From NCBI RefSeq assembly GCF_009834535.1, contig NC_045696.1, forward strand, positions 93,188,001 to 93,252,000: a stretch of DNA of 64,000 nucleotides, written 5' to 3'. Within the stretch, counting starts at the first letter, position 1. Every line of letters starts with the position of its first letter. The stretch comes from Camelus ferus (lineage: Eukaryota). Shown one piece after another: positions 25,880 to 40,347 of the stretch. The translations under genes and the position numbers were made by a program. A model generated the notes under the pieces. That model was given only the letters and a program-made list of their open reading frames with translations. It did not search any database and was not told where the DNA came from.

Positions 25880-26070
25880 AACAGCAGCTACTGTTCAATG
25901 AACACCTAAGTTACGTGGCATGCACATTACACCATACACAGCACAATGAGGCAAAAGTAAATGTCATTACCCTCAGTTTATAAAGGAATCACTGAGGCTC
26001 AGAGGTTGCCTAGGTTCACACAGCTAGTAAGTGGCAGACAGGAACTGTAACTCAGGGCTGCCTGCTCTTT
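25880..26070 (-). mobile_element. MIR SINE
   Basis: actgaggctcagaggttgcctaggttcacacagctagtaagtggcaga. Boundaries approximate. Confidence 0.7.
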
Positions 26071-26724
26071 CTACCTCCCACCACCCCCACCACCGCCCCC
26101 TGACTCTAGAGCACAAGCCCTTTCCACTGTTCTGGAAGGTGCAGTATTTTACCCAAAGGCAACAGCACAGCAGGACTAAGGAGCCTCATTAAACTGTTCA
26201 CTGTTTTGCAGAGGAGTTGTTAACGTGACTGAAGTACTCTGAGTGACTCACCTGCTGTCTGAGAGGTGAGAGCCAGGACTCTATCCAGACATTACACTGG
26301 GAGAATCCACTTTTCTTTCAACAAAAGGCAGTAGAAATCACTACTCTGCTTTTCTTCCTAGAAGTCATCGGTTGTGCGTGGTTCTAAGTGTGGCAACAAG
26401 ACTTAATCATTTTAGTCTTCAGTAACTCTCTATGTGTGAACACACATGCACATGTGCACTCGCGGGTGATGTGCTGATTTCAGAGAAATTCCCAGTTTGG
26501 GACGCAGCATAGACTGGGTGGGTGGATCATTTCTATCAGAATTTTCTTTTGGGGACCTATTCTCCTGATTTAGGATAAATCTTGTGATCTTTCAGGAAAG
26601 AAATGAAACCTCTTCCACTCCATCTGATGCTTAGCAATGATATATGCTTAGCTTGTGATATTGTAAGTCCACTGTCTGTCTAGCTCATTAGACTCCATGA
26701 AGGCGGGAATGGTCCATGTGTTGC

Positions 26725-27705
26725 TTTTTTAAGATTGTGGTAAGAACATAGCATGAGCGCTATCCTCTTAACACATCGCAAGTGCACAATACATTACTGT
26801 CAACTACAGCTACAGTGCTGTACAGCAGGTCTCTGGAGATTAGTCATCTTGTGTAACTGAAACTTTGTGCCTGCTGATCAGTAACTCCCCATTTCCTCCT
26901 CCCCCAGCATGATTCTCTTCTTTGATAATACAAATTTGACTACTTTAGATACCTCATGTAAGTGGAGTCATGCAGTATGTGTCTTTTTGTCTGGCTTATT
27001 TCACTTAACATAATATTCTCAGGTTCATCCATGTTGTTGCATATTGCAGAATCTCCTTCTTTTTAAAGGCCGAGTAGTATTCCTTTGTACATACAGACCA
27101 CACTTTCTTTAGCCATTCATCTGTCAATGGAAACAGGTTGTTTCCACATCTTAGCTATTGTGAATAGTGCTGCAATGAATATGAGAGTGCTACTGTCAGC
27201 GATCCTAATTTCAGTTCTTCTGGTTATAAGCCCAAAAGTGGCATTACTGGGTCATATGGTAGTTCTATTTCTAATTTTTGGAGGGACCTCCATACTGTTT
27301 TCTGTAGCTGCTGCACCATTTTGCATTCCCACCAGCTATGCAAAGGTTCCAATTTCTCCACATCCTCACCAAAACTTGTCTTTTTTTTTTTAATTTAATA
27401 GCCATTCTGATAGGAATGATATGACATCTCACTGGGGTTTGATTTGCATTCCTTTGAGGATTAGTGAGGTTAAGCATCTTCTCATGTACCTGGTGGTCAT
27501 TTGTATGTCTTCTTTGGAGAAATGTCTATTCAAATCCTTAACCCGTTTTTTAATTGGTTTATTAGTTTTTTGCTATTGAATTACAGGAGTTCCTTGTGTG
27601 TTCTGGAGATTAACCCTTTACCAGATATGTGATTTGCAAATATTTTTCTCCCATTCTTTAGGTTACCTTTTCATTCTGTTATTTCATTTGCTGTGCAGAA
27701 GCTAT
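26725..27705 (-). mobile_element. Old 5'-truncated L1 (L1MA-like 3'UTR plus ORF2 3' end), sense to MME
   Basis: Typical L1 3' sequence on the reverse strand (catccatgttgttgc, aatagtgctgcaatgaa, cattttgcattcccacc, tttggagaaatgtctattc). Boundaries approximate. Confidence 0.85.
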
Positions 27706-30099
27706 TAAATTCAATTTGTTTGTTTGTTTCATGTTTTGTTCTTAACAGTATCTCCAGGGCTTAGCACAGTGCTGGGAACATGACAGGCACTCAATATATA
27801 TTTGGGCCTTGGCATATCAATGGGTCCTTCAAGCCCCAGGAGTGCTGACCCTTCTCTTCCTGGGGCCCTGAGAGGGTGGAGGGCACTAAATGGAGGTGAG
27901 GCCCTGCTGCCATGGCAACCAGAAGTGTGCACTTTCTGGACTTTGTCCTCTCGAGAGGGTACACTGATATAAAGCTCTAGAATTCTGCCAACTTCTCACA
28001 GTTTAAAACCTCAACCTTTAACTTATTTATCTTCATGCCCTACTTCTTCTCCTTCTGGGAAAAAAAAAAAGCCTCCTTGGGTGCTAACTAAAAAGCAGAA
28101 ATGTGCTTACTGATAAAATGCATCTTGTTTATAACCCCAAAACAGGTTGGAAACTGCAAAGTTTATTGGTTTAATGGGAGTCTAAAAGATGGAATGCTAA
28201 CATTTTAATCTATTACAATATGTATACATGAGCAAACCAGGGCAATACTGCCATAGGGAGGTAGAATGGTTTGTCCAAGTTTAGTCTATCTGTTATTCTG
28301 GCTTTCTGGCTGAGTAGAACTTGATAAGCCAAATAATCGCTTTTACATATATTCCCCATACATCTACACTCATGGAGATTCACTTGCATCCCAAGTCTTC
28401 AGCATGCCCACCCTGGACAGGTCCTATCAACTCTCCACCTCTGTGCCATTTCATATACCCATAAACGCCCTGCATAACAAGTCTTCTTCTGATAATGAGG
28501 TTCAATGATAGATGGCTTAATTAGAAAGGAGATAGATTCTAGAAACATCAGTGAAGGGGAAATATCAGAAGAGGTATTTTAGAAAGAAGTGAGGTACTTC
28601 CCTGCCTCCCAAGAATATGTTCTTTTTCTCTTGAGTCAATTGACACAGAGAAGCCAAGCAGGAAAACAACCCGGCTCTTACCAAAACTCCCCAGGAAGGG
28701 CCATAAAATTTTAATGCTGGAAAGAACCTTAGAGATGTAGCATCATCTAAATCAACCTGCTCGTTTTATAAATAGGGAAACTGCATGGATTTTAAAAAGA
28801 CACAGGAAGTAACTGGCAGAACTGGGCCACCGGAAAAAGTGTTAGCAACTCACTGCTGTGGCAAAACTACTGTGGTACCAAGAGTCCTGCCATCTTTGGT
28901 GGTGTTGGCCTTTCAGGAAGAAAGAGCCACACCTGTTGGGCTGGCAATCTCAGGAGCATTGCTTATTTCAAGGGCTTACAAACATCCAATTAGCCCAGAT
29001 TAGGAAGAAACAGCAGGCTTGAAGCAATAAGGAAGACAGAAATGAACCAACCATTCTGTTCTGTTCACCTCAATATTAATTTAAGTGCTGACAAGTTGTT
29101 TACAAAGAATATTTCACTAATAAGTAAAGGTTTAATAAAAGTGCTATCCCCACACTTTGTTGTCTTGTAATAGCCCCAACTAACCCTGCCTTTCAGCAGC
29201 TTTCATGTTACTTGCCTCTTCCACCAGATTGACAGCTATGAGTTTTACTCTTATCTTTTTCCTCTACAGTGTTTAGCACGGTGCTTCGCACATCGTAGCT
29301 GCTTGATAAAATGTTTATTGAGCTGGCTGCTGCTAATGTTAGCTTGTTTTTATTTCAATGTACAACAGCAAGGAAGATGCAGCAATGAAATGTCTTGGTA
29401 GTTTATGAAAAGTACCTCCACCTGTTCAACGGTCATGATTTACAAACACTGGCACTACCTGTCCCAATTATATGACAGAAAATTCTGTCCTGAGAAACTA
29501 ACAAAATAACATCAAGTCTAAAAATAAGAAAAGGAATTCATTTTATTTTGTCCTTGTACATTGTTTCTTTTTAGAGGTTTATATTTGTTCCTTGGAGTCT
29601 AAGTGAATAATAACATTATTGGAAGTAAATCATTTTAGACATCTAGCCAGGTAATTTTGCCAATGGATATTACATTCTCAATTTAGCACTATTACTATTT
29701 GAAAACATGACATGAAATTCTTTACAAACTGGCACTAAATCTGCAGAGAACATAATGTTTGAGATGATTTTTGGAAGCACAAGCTAGGCACTCAGAAACC
29801 ACATGAACCAAGAGCCTTTTATATTTAAATCTTTGTCCTTTGCAGTTGCCAGCTGCTCGAATGGGCAGACGGAGGGCCTTTTAGCCAAATGACTAACTCG
29901 GGCATATCACAGGCAGACTTCCCGACCTCCTCTATATTTTGAATTTGTTAAGCAGAGAGAGCAGCAGAGATCACACTGGATATCTTCACCAACTATGATG
30001 GTGAAATGCTTGGTTGCGTCAGCATTTACTTTAGTGGCTGAGTTAACTTTATTAGCATCATTACAAACCAGCTATTTTAGCAATCATTCATTACGTCAT

Positions 30100-31150
30100 C
30101 ATTGAGGAAAGGTCTACATTCTGCTCACTGATTTTAATCTCTGGTGACACAAAACACATAGTATCTGCTTTCAACAAGGGCCAGTCCAGCTAAACATAAT
30201 AAAATGTACTGGTGCTGTGACTAAAATGTGCGTAAGGTATAGCATAGGGACAAGATGAAGAGAAAAATGTAATGAAGTTCTGTGAGGAAGGGTGTAATGC
30301 TCCAGTTGAATCATACCATGTATAGGTTTCTGTTAAATGAACAAATGCAGAAAGGGTGGTCCAAGGTAAGAGGCAAGGAAGAGGAAGAGATGGAGCAATG
30401 ACTTTAAAGTAATTCCTATGGTCGGAGATTTGGGGCAATGCTGCCAGGTAGGGTGACTCTAAAGGAAGTCTGCAGAGCTAGTGGGCGGTATGCAGAGCCT
30501 TGTACACACTTCATGAGATGGGCAAAACAAATGCACTTAAAGGTTTTCATCAGAAAATAACATGACTCAATTTCTGTCTTTGAAAGTGAATGCAGTAGCA
30601 TGGAGAATTAGCTGAAGGAACACGAGATGACTGATGATAAGATTAGGAAAATATTGTAATAACTCTGGTGAGCAATGAGAAATGTCTGAATTAAGGCACG
30701 ACAATGGAGATGGTGAGATGCAGATCCACACCTCCCCTGACAATGCCTATAAAATAGTTTAAGTAGCAGCTGGAGGATGTGAACTTTTGGGGGGGGGATG
30801 GGATTTGAAGTAGACATCACTGAGATGTCAGGGATGATAGGAAGGTCTCAGTCTATGATGATGGGTGCCTGGTTTCTGTCTTGGTAGCAGTAAGATGGAA
30901 GTTGTTGGAAAATAGGGTGAGAAGGGGAGAAAGATGATCAATTTTTGCCCAAAAAGGCAAATGCTGAGTTTGTAGGATTAGTGGAACACCTACATGGAGA
31001 AGTTTCATAGGCAGTTAGACATTTGGATCTGGAGCACAGCAAACAGACCTGGGCCAGACACAAATATTCAGTGGTTATAGGAGAAGATGTAGGAGATGCC
31101 AATAAGTACACAAGTTTGCCCAGTGACAGTATGTGGAGTGAGAAAAGGTC
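30100..31150 (-). mobile_element. L2 LINE fragments (degenerate)
   Basis: tttgaaag...ggagaatt, tgagtttgtagg...cataggcagttagacatttggatctggagc L2-like motifs. Boundaries approximate. Confidence 0.55.
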
Positions 31151-33156
31151 CAGAAGTTTACTATTTGGTTAACTGACTGAATTTATTTAAATTAATTCCT
31201 GCCTTGAAATTTCAAGGCATCATCATTTCTCTGTAATACCCTACAATATAACCCTACTATAATCAACAGCTTTTCTTATCTCTGTCTCATCTATTGTGGG
31301 TATGGACACCTATTTGTCCTGCAAAATGTTGGGAGTGAAGACTTAGGCATCTAAAGATGTAATTCTCTGAGAGGTAACTACTGGCTATGTGATCAAAGTA
31401 GCAATAGATGTTATCTGCCTGAATATACACAGTGAGGACTTGAGCCTGATGCTACATAAAAAAGGAAAGAAAACATAGTGACTTTATTACTATAAAGCAG
31501 GTGCTAAACAAGTCAGAATCATTGACTATAAGAAATCTCAATAAAATAGGAGGGATTTTATTATGTTGTTTCCTAAAGGATGCAGTCCTAATGACTGAAT
31601 GCAATTGTTGTCAAAAGTACTTCCAACATTTTGGAAGACAAAAAAATTAATTTTAAAGATAAATTGCCAAATTAAAGGTATCATCTTGCAAAAAGGAGTA
31701 ACACTCAGGTGTTCGTGTGACTTGAGAAGGTGGGTGGTACTTAAGAAGAATACTAATACCGGGGTCCCCGCCTTATCAGCAAGTACATCACAACCTAGGG
31801 TGGTGGGGTTGGGGAATCAACACTACTGCTAATGCTCCCCAGGTGACTCTAAAGTGCAATCAGAGTTGTGAACCCTTGTCCTCAGCATACAGGCAGAAGA
31901 TGGGGAAGGAAGGAAAACTAGCCTGGTGTGGCAGAGAAGACCTAACAAGTTATACTGCACTTGTGATTAACTGTCGGAAGTTCATGGAAAGGATCCGAAA
32001 AGAATTAATAAGCTATGCATACCATTGAGCAAACATTCATTAAAGTATTATATATAATTTTTGCTTTTGATTATTTATCATGAAGAGAAAAGGACTCAGA
32101 GAAAGTCAACACATATGATGAAAAGGAATGAAAACTGCACACTGTCCTACAAATGATTATGGAACTGGGACTATGTTAACTTCCAAAGAAAACATCAAGC
32201 AATAATTCAACAACTACTTTTAAAATTATGAAGAAATCTTCTGGTGTCAGGTGGGTGCAGATTATATTAGCTATTTTCAGAAAGCATATTTGATGATATT
32301 TGTAAGTAGATATTTTATGCAGAACTAACAATCATTAAATGTAAGTCTATGTATTGTTAAGAAATAAAAATATTCAGACTTCTAAGAAGCTTCTCAGATT
32401 ATAAATTTACCTATAGGGTATTTTTTTTGATGATTTTTTGTTGGTTTCTAGAGACAAGATACAACAACTGATTATAACACCAACTGTATGTACCTGTTCT
32501 CCTTTTTCCCTTCCCACCTGGGACATTAAACGTTCTGACATTTGCCACCCTGTGTTTAGCACCAGACAACATAACATCAGCTCCAGTATTTTTTTAAAAA
32601 GTCAGAAAAAGAAATCAGTCTCTTTCTCAGGGTACCTGAAGGGTTCAAAACGTTGTTAGGTATGAAAGTGTATTGGCATTTCCATATTAGGAATTTTGTC
32701 CAACCTGTACTCGGTTACTGAGAATAGTCCTATTATCAAATAGCCCCTCTGTACTTTGTACCTTTCTAGGCACAACAGTTCCCTCCTGGGATACAGTTTG
32801 TCACATCAGTCTTCCCTACTGATGTGCAACAAAATATAATCAAAGTTCACCTTTGATTCTCCCAGTTCCAAATGACACCTGGACTTGGTCAGTATTCCAA
32901 AATATTAGCTTAATAAACGAATGAAAGAATAAATGAATGCATGAATGAACCAAGCACTTCACTAGCATGTTATTGTGTCAGTTACCAGAAAAATCAGGTT
33001 AGTATATTTACTTTTCACTTACTCACTCATTCATTAATTCAGTTTTAACTGAAAACCTCCTACGTGTTCAGCACTATGCTGACTGGTCCCCCCGTTCCCT
33101 AGGAGCTAAAAGCCTAGTGGGGAAAAAGTCAACATTAGCAGTTGACTTTTATGACT

Positions 33157-33245
33157 TTTATGTGCAGAAACACATACGCTGATAAATATGTTAGACACAT
33201 ATTTATGTGCACAAACACATATGTTGATAAATATATTAGACACAT
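33157..33245. repeat. 45-bp-period tandem duplication
   Basis: Two 44-nt copies (33157-33200 and 33202-33245) with 4 mismatches. Confidence 0.9.
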
Positions 33246-33797
33246 CCATTTAATTGAAGAAAACCCCCCGCTAAGCTAGTAGTTACTATGAAGTAACAAC
33301 GCCACTAGTGAGCAGAGATTAACAGCATCAAAGGCTAAGAATGAGGGTGATCCCTGGCATCTCATATTTGGCCACCACGTGGTTGAGAGAAGTGTTCCAG
33401 GGAGCACTCTAGGAAGGGGAGGGAGTTGTGGGATGATTGACTGATAGAAAAAACATGGGGCTGAGGGCAGACGATAAATCTGAGTCCAGTAATTGTAGCC
33501 TCAGGGAAGACCTGCAGGAACTACGGTTACTCAGGCTAAAGTGTTACTGAGAGCCTTGTGCACAGACAGGCAACGATACGAGAAGAAACCAAAGGTAGCC
33601 TGAGGACACCTTACTGAAAAAATTTAAGTCTGGTTAAATCCCTGAGCCACATTTAGTAATATCTGTAGATGCTCTTGGACATAGTCAACAGAAGGAGGAC
33701 ATTACACCTTCGACACTGTTCTAAGTCACGTTTTTTCTCTTAATCCAGCAAAGGCCCTCTTCTGCATGAACCCATTAGAAAACTGGAATATACATAC

Positions 33798-33901
33798 TCA
33801 TCCTTGTCCACCTTTTCTCGAAGCTTCTTTAGTTGTTTATTTTGGTTGAACTTCAAGTTTTGAACTATGTTCTCAAAGTATTCATTTTCTTTGTAGCGCA
33901 A
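33798..33901 (-). CDS. MME: MME exon 16: [34 protein letters not shown](E)
   Basis: tatag|TTG ... GA|gtatgt; 104 nt. Confidence 0.96.
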
Positions 33902-34189
33902 CTATATTAATATACAAGATTTGGAGAAGATATTAAAACCAGTATCTTTAAAATTTTTGCAAAATAACACAGAAGATATTTTCTTAAGTTCTACCACTTA
34001 ATAAAGTTAACAGAGAGCATTAAAATTTAACCAGAGAATTTACTTCCGATTAGCCTAGTTCTGTATTACAGGTCACTGCTGCTCTGGCTGAATCACTACT
34101 TCAGTCTACTCTTTTGTAGTTAATCAAATAAAACCAAGTGTCAGACAGGCTTTATTATATTGATATTAATCCTTGCATGACAGATGAGA

Positions 34190-34410
34190 TAACAGCGAAT
34201 TCTTATTTAGTACATACCATGTGCCAGGCACTCTTCTAAGCACTTTATCTATCACATTCTTTTAATCTTCATAATAATCTTAGAAAGATGAGCTGTTATC
34301 ACCATTTTAAAGTTGAGTAAACTGAGGCACAGACAGTTAAGTCTCTTGCCCAAGTTAATAAGTGATGGAGCTGAGATTTGAACCCTAGGAATTTGAGTTT
34401 ATGTTCTTAG
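34190..34410 (-). mobile_element. MIR SINE
   Basis: tgtgccaggcactcttctaagcacttta...aaactgaggcacagacagttaagtctcttgcccaag...ggagctgagatttgaaccc. Boundaries approximate. Confidence 0.8.
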
Positions 34411-35220
34411 CTAGTCAGTGAGTGGTTTAGCTGATATGTGAACCCAAGCAGTTTAGCTGCGAGTCTATGTGCTTAGCCAGTAGACTCCTGCCCCAAGGGC
34501 CCCGGGACTCACATGCTACAGCCAGCTCACTAAAAATAATAACAAATAAATAAATAAATAAAGCTTTTCTGCAAATGGAAAAATGAAGAAAGGATACTGT
34601 GCCTTGCAAACTCCTGTGTTAGGCAGCAATCAACAGATTAGAAGTCGCTGTCGTCTCTGCATCTAGGCAAGGATCACCTTGTCACCAGGGTTTCAAGTAG
34701 TTGTGGTGACCATAAGGTCAGCAACAGGACCCTCAGCTGAGTCTGAAATCAATACTGTAGTGACTTCAATCAACTGTTTTCTTTTCATTGTTACATTACT
34801 AAAGGGAATAAAATAGTTCCCCATTTTCAAATAATAGATATTTTTTTTAAATAGAGAAGGAATGACTTGGTTTATCCAGTAGAGGAATTATTAGAAAGTG
34901 GAAGGAAACCTGGAGGCGTGTGAAAGATGAGATAAGGAGACTGAGCACTGCCTTAAATTGAAATGTCTATGGCTCTTTAAAACACGCCAGATTTTTCCTA
35001 CTACTCTTAAAATGGAATATATGGAAACCAAAATAACAAAAATCAAATACAGACCAGGCTAATGAAACAAAAGGCTAAAACTAAAAGAAACAGAGTTCTG
35101 GATTCAGTGTAAAGGTTTTACGTAGTAAGACCTCTGGGCGTAGGCTATGTCACGTAATTTCTGGCCGCCACTCCAGCCAGCCCCAGGTGCCATCAGTGCA
35201 GAGTCTTCACAGAGACTTAC

Positions 35221-35301
35221 CTTGCGGTATTCATTGTTCAGTTTGCTGTCGTTTGAAAGAATGTCATCAGGATAGCCGATTCTTTCTTTAATTGCTAAGG
35301 C
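35221..35301 (-). CDS. MME: MME exon 15: [27 protein letters not shown]
   Basis: catag|GCC ... AAG|gtaagt; 81 nt; IGYP motif. Confidence 0.97.
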
Positions 35302-37773
35302 CTATGAGAATTATAATACTGAATGTGAGGATGATTATGAACTCTCAAGTGCAGACACTGTAATCTGCCCTTGACTGGCAATTGAATAACGTGATCCAGA
35401 CGATTTACTAAAAGAGTATCTGACAACACTTAAGCAGAGATCTTTGCAGTGGCTTCTTCCTAGGTTTCCAAATAAACAAAAAATAGTTCCAAAATTTACC
35501 TTCTCATACCCCATTCTCATAGGCTGCAGCTTGCCCAAGAAAACCAAAATGCAAACTGACAAGTCAGTGTTCCACATGTATTATACTTTTATGAACTTCT
35601 TCTCAGAAAGGCTTTTTTCTTCAATTGTACAGGAGGGGTAATATTTAGAACTTCCATTCTGGCAGCTTATAATTATCTTTCCACTTCACTGATTTGGCTG
35701 AGAAAGCAGATGTGGGCTTACAGGTTTAGTGCTAATATTCCTCCTGAATATTGGTTCCTGGAGTTTTTATATTCTCCATTGGTCTCCAAAGCCAGTGTAC
35801 AGATCTTCCCAGTTAAATGAATGACGTTAGTTAAATGAGTAAAAAACAGGGTTTTCCTTGCTATATCAACCCACATTTACCACTTGCTTACTACCACTTC
35901 TATTTTTATTATTTTAAAATTGTTTATTTTTATTGTTTCATTATCATCACTTATTTAACTACTTGCTATTTCTATTTCCATTTTTTAATTTCTCTCATTT
36001 TTCACAAAGATATTTGACTTTTGATTTTATCACATCACATTGCTCTCAAATAATTTAACTAATTTAAATTTTTCTTGGGTTTTAAGCCTGCATCTCTGAG
36101 TTATTTGGTTTGCCATCAAATGCATGTGGTTTTGTTATAAATCTGTTTCATAAGCCAGGATTTCCCCAGTAGGGCAGACAAATGTGTCACTAAGTCAATT
36201 AGGCCAAGCCCCATTTTCTTTCTACATTGGCCCCTTCTCGATGGTACTTTACTTTCTAAAAGACATTTCCCCTCCTCCAAAGTATTAGGAATACAAACTC
36301 CACAGAAATAAGAGGTACTACAGAGGATATATTGTCAAATATTTGGGGTAAGTCCTGTGACAAAAACATTAAGCAGGCTTCTTCACTGAAGGACTTCTTA
36401 GACTCTAAAATTAGGTAATTGTAAGTGTCCAAGAGGATAACTTATTTATTCATTCAATTTGTGTTCAAGGGTCTACAACAAGCCAGGTACTTTGAAAGGG
36501 GCTAAGGATGCATGCTAGGCAAACATTTCTGCCCCTGGAGAGTAACTATAAAGGTCAATGGTAGGCAATAAATTGGGTATTAACTCTCAAGTGTGAGGTA
36601 TGGTGCCATAAAATCACACCCTGGAGGCACGTAACCTAGTCTAGGGTGGGATCAGGGAAGCCTTCTTGTGGGAAGTATTTCCTAAACTCTTTCGACTATG
36701 GGACTCTCACAGAGCAACTTGCAGGCCTAGTGTTTGGTGATACTACCTTGGGAAATGATGATCTAGAACAGTTTAATTGGCTACATCAAACAGAACCATG
36801 TCATGATAGTTAGAACATGAAAAGAGCAAATCCAATCTGAACTTCTGAGGACCCAGTCAAAGTGGTGGAAAGATGGCTATACTATAGTGCCTAAATTCTA
36901 GACCTGACCCACCCAGGTCTCTGTGGTAGCTGAAAAAGATACGCCTTGTATGTGATTTAATCCTGAAAGAGAACTAGACTACAGCCTGAGTCTCTTATTA
37001 TAATAGATTTAGGGACTCTTTCTGTGTAAGTTCAAAGAATGGTCTGTTTTTCCTGCTTCCCTAACTACAGAGGAATAATCAGGTTACAGGCAAATACTGC
37101 ACATAAAGCATACAGTTTTCATTGGACATGTTTCTTCGAATTTTATGTAGTTATCAAGAAAATGACCATAGTAAATCTAAACCTGAGAGTTCCTTAGACA
37201 TCTCACCTTTATTCTAATGCAAGATATTAAAAGTCCCAATAAAAGATGCACAATGGGATAAACAGGAATGGTTATTTAAAACTCCTTCCACATCCCTCTA
37301 ACTGTAGGTCACCTTATAGCACTCAAATAATGCACCTCTTTACATTTGTTTGAGTAGAAGTTTAGTATTTTTCTCCCTAGATCATATAAAAAAACTAAAT
37401 TGGGTATGTTTAAAAAATTGTAGCTGGAAATGTGCATTAAAAATTGAGGGGATATTTTTAGACATTGGTAGAGGTCTTTTAAATATGTTTTTTAAAAGGA
37501 GGAAAAATACGAACAACTGATAGATAGTATCTTTTAATGTTCTCTTGTTCACACAAGATTTTCCTCTTGTTTTCTGAAGACTTCTTAAAAGAATAAAGGA
37601 AAATTGGAGATATTTCTAAGTTTTGAGTTGAACATGGAGAGTAGGAGCTAGTTACAAAGAAATAATAAGTGATGAAACTCATTGAAAAAAACATCTTCAT
37701 CCATGAAAACTATTCCTGAAAATATTACCTCTTAAAGGAGCTTGTTTTTATTTTATGCAATCTTTGATTACTA

Positions 37774-37983
<210 letters not shown>

Positions 37984-38685
37984 TTAGGCCACTAATTTTT
38001 TGTAACACAAATTTAAAACAATAGAGCTATAAGCTCTCTTTATGTGATTCAATGATATGTAAATAAATGTAAATTTATAGACAAACTGTGGATCTAAACA
38101 AATGGATATATATGGATAGTTATATTTTTAAAGCAACACTGCTCCTATCAAAACTAATGATTAAATTGTTCTTAATGTATACATTAATAAAAATCATCTT
38201 TAGAATGTAGTAGTTTCCATTATCATGAAAAAAGAACTAACATAAAATATTAGCTGTCATTAGTGGTAGTAGTTAAGCATGAAATAGCATTTAAATAGAT
38301 TCTTTCACCATGACTTAAAGTTCCCCGTCTTCATTTCAGTAACAATTAAAAAAAAAAAAAAAAAGTACATGTCTTATATTTCAAATAAACCCTGGCTTAT
38401 TTTCTAGTTTTTAAGAAAATACTAATTCTTGGTCAGTTTTACAAATAGAAGAGTTTATAAATTACCATCATTAGAAGAGGTGACTAGGGATTGTGAATAC
38501 ACTGTTTCTGGAAAATGGACAGTTGGTTTGGGGTTAAACAATATTAGGATCAGAAACATAACCAGGCCCTTGGGGAAGGGAGGATGAGATTTACTGGGAA
38601 ACACTCGCAAACTGTGATTCAGAAGTTCCCTGCCAATTAATAAAATTTTAGCCAAATTATGGACTACTACTGCAATTGCTCATCA

Positions 38686-38940
<255 letters not shown>

Positions 38941-39971
38941 TTATGTCTCCTAAGTTCTTGAAACATTCATTGCTTCTCCTCACAAGGCACCATGTCCATG
39001 CATAGGATAAAACGTAATCCAATTGAATTACTCCTCACATATGATCTGGAAATAAGGTATACTTTCAGTAGCATGTCCTAGTAGAACTTTTGGCTATTAC
39101 AAGTTAATATCCTTCTAGATGGCTTTAGAAAAAGATGATAACCCCATCCCCCTCAAAAAACAAAATAACACTGCCACCACTGCGTAAACATAAGTATGAA
39201 GTAATGTTCAATAAATGTAACGTGGGAGAGATCTGGTATCAAGAAAACACATTCCTGTTTTTTAATTTTTTTGCTGAACTTCCAGCACTTAGAAGAACTG
39301 CATGTGTACAAATTGAAGTACCAGTAAAGGGATTGACTTATATAAGGGAAATTTAGCAAAAGGACCATTTTTACATTCTTTAATCTAAAAAATACGTCTA
39401 TGTTTTCTTTTAAAGGATAAAAACTAAAAATTTCAAACAATCAGAGCGATATTTCCTTTTCATGACACCAACCAATACCCTTGGGAGAATTTCTCCTTCC
39501 TCAATCCCCCTTGCCCTGTCGCCTCACAACAGGGCTAAAATGGCGACTGTTTAAATAATGTAGCTACAGCCTAACAAAAGGCCTTAAAGTTATCTCCAGG
39601 TACGTATATTCTCAGTGGATTATCCACATCAATGTAGTCCATCTGTCTGCATGTCTAGTGTGCTATGAGCAGCTGAAAATCAAATTAATTGAGATAGACA
39701 TCCCTGAAATTACTTTTAACACAAGCAAAAAGCAAGCCAGTATTCTTTCATGAACTGCTCAAATAACCAAATGCACCTTCTTCCAGGGCAATTCAATCAT
39801 GGCACCAGAGTAGACAATCCTAGGACAGCAGAGCCCACGAAAACTGGCTTTCCTGGGCAGCATAGCTTAAACATGGTCAAAATGACCAACACTTGGCATT
39901 TTGTCTCTTGACAAAGTTTACCACAGTCTAGCAATGTACATGGCAAGCCTTCATAACCATGTGTCTCTTTA

Positions 39972-40154
<183 letters not shown>

Positions 40155-40210
40155 CTAAAGAGTGATATTAAATGTAAACTTTGAGGACATGGTCACTATG
40201 ACATACCTAC

Positions 40211-40347
40211 CTGGCAGAATATTTGGTAAGAATGGGCTTAAGTTTGATTAAATATTCTGGAGCATAAACAACCACATCTTCCTCATTTGAAATATTAATA
40301 TTCACAGTTGACATGATTTCATTTGTGAAATTTGACCAGCTGAATGG
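40211..40347 (-). CDS. MME: MME exon 11: [45 protein letters not shown](R)
   Basis: tccag|CCA ... CAG|gtaggt; 137 nt. Confidence 0.97.
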
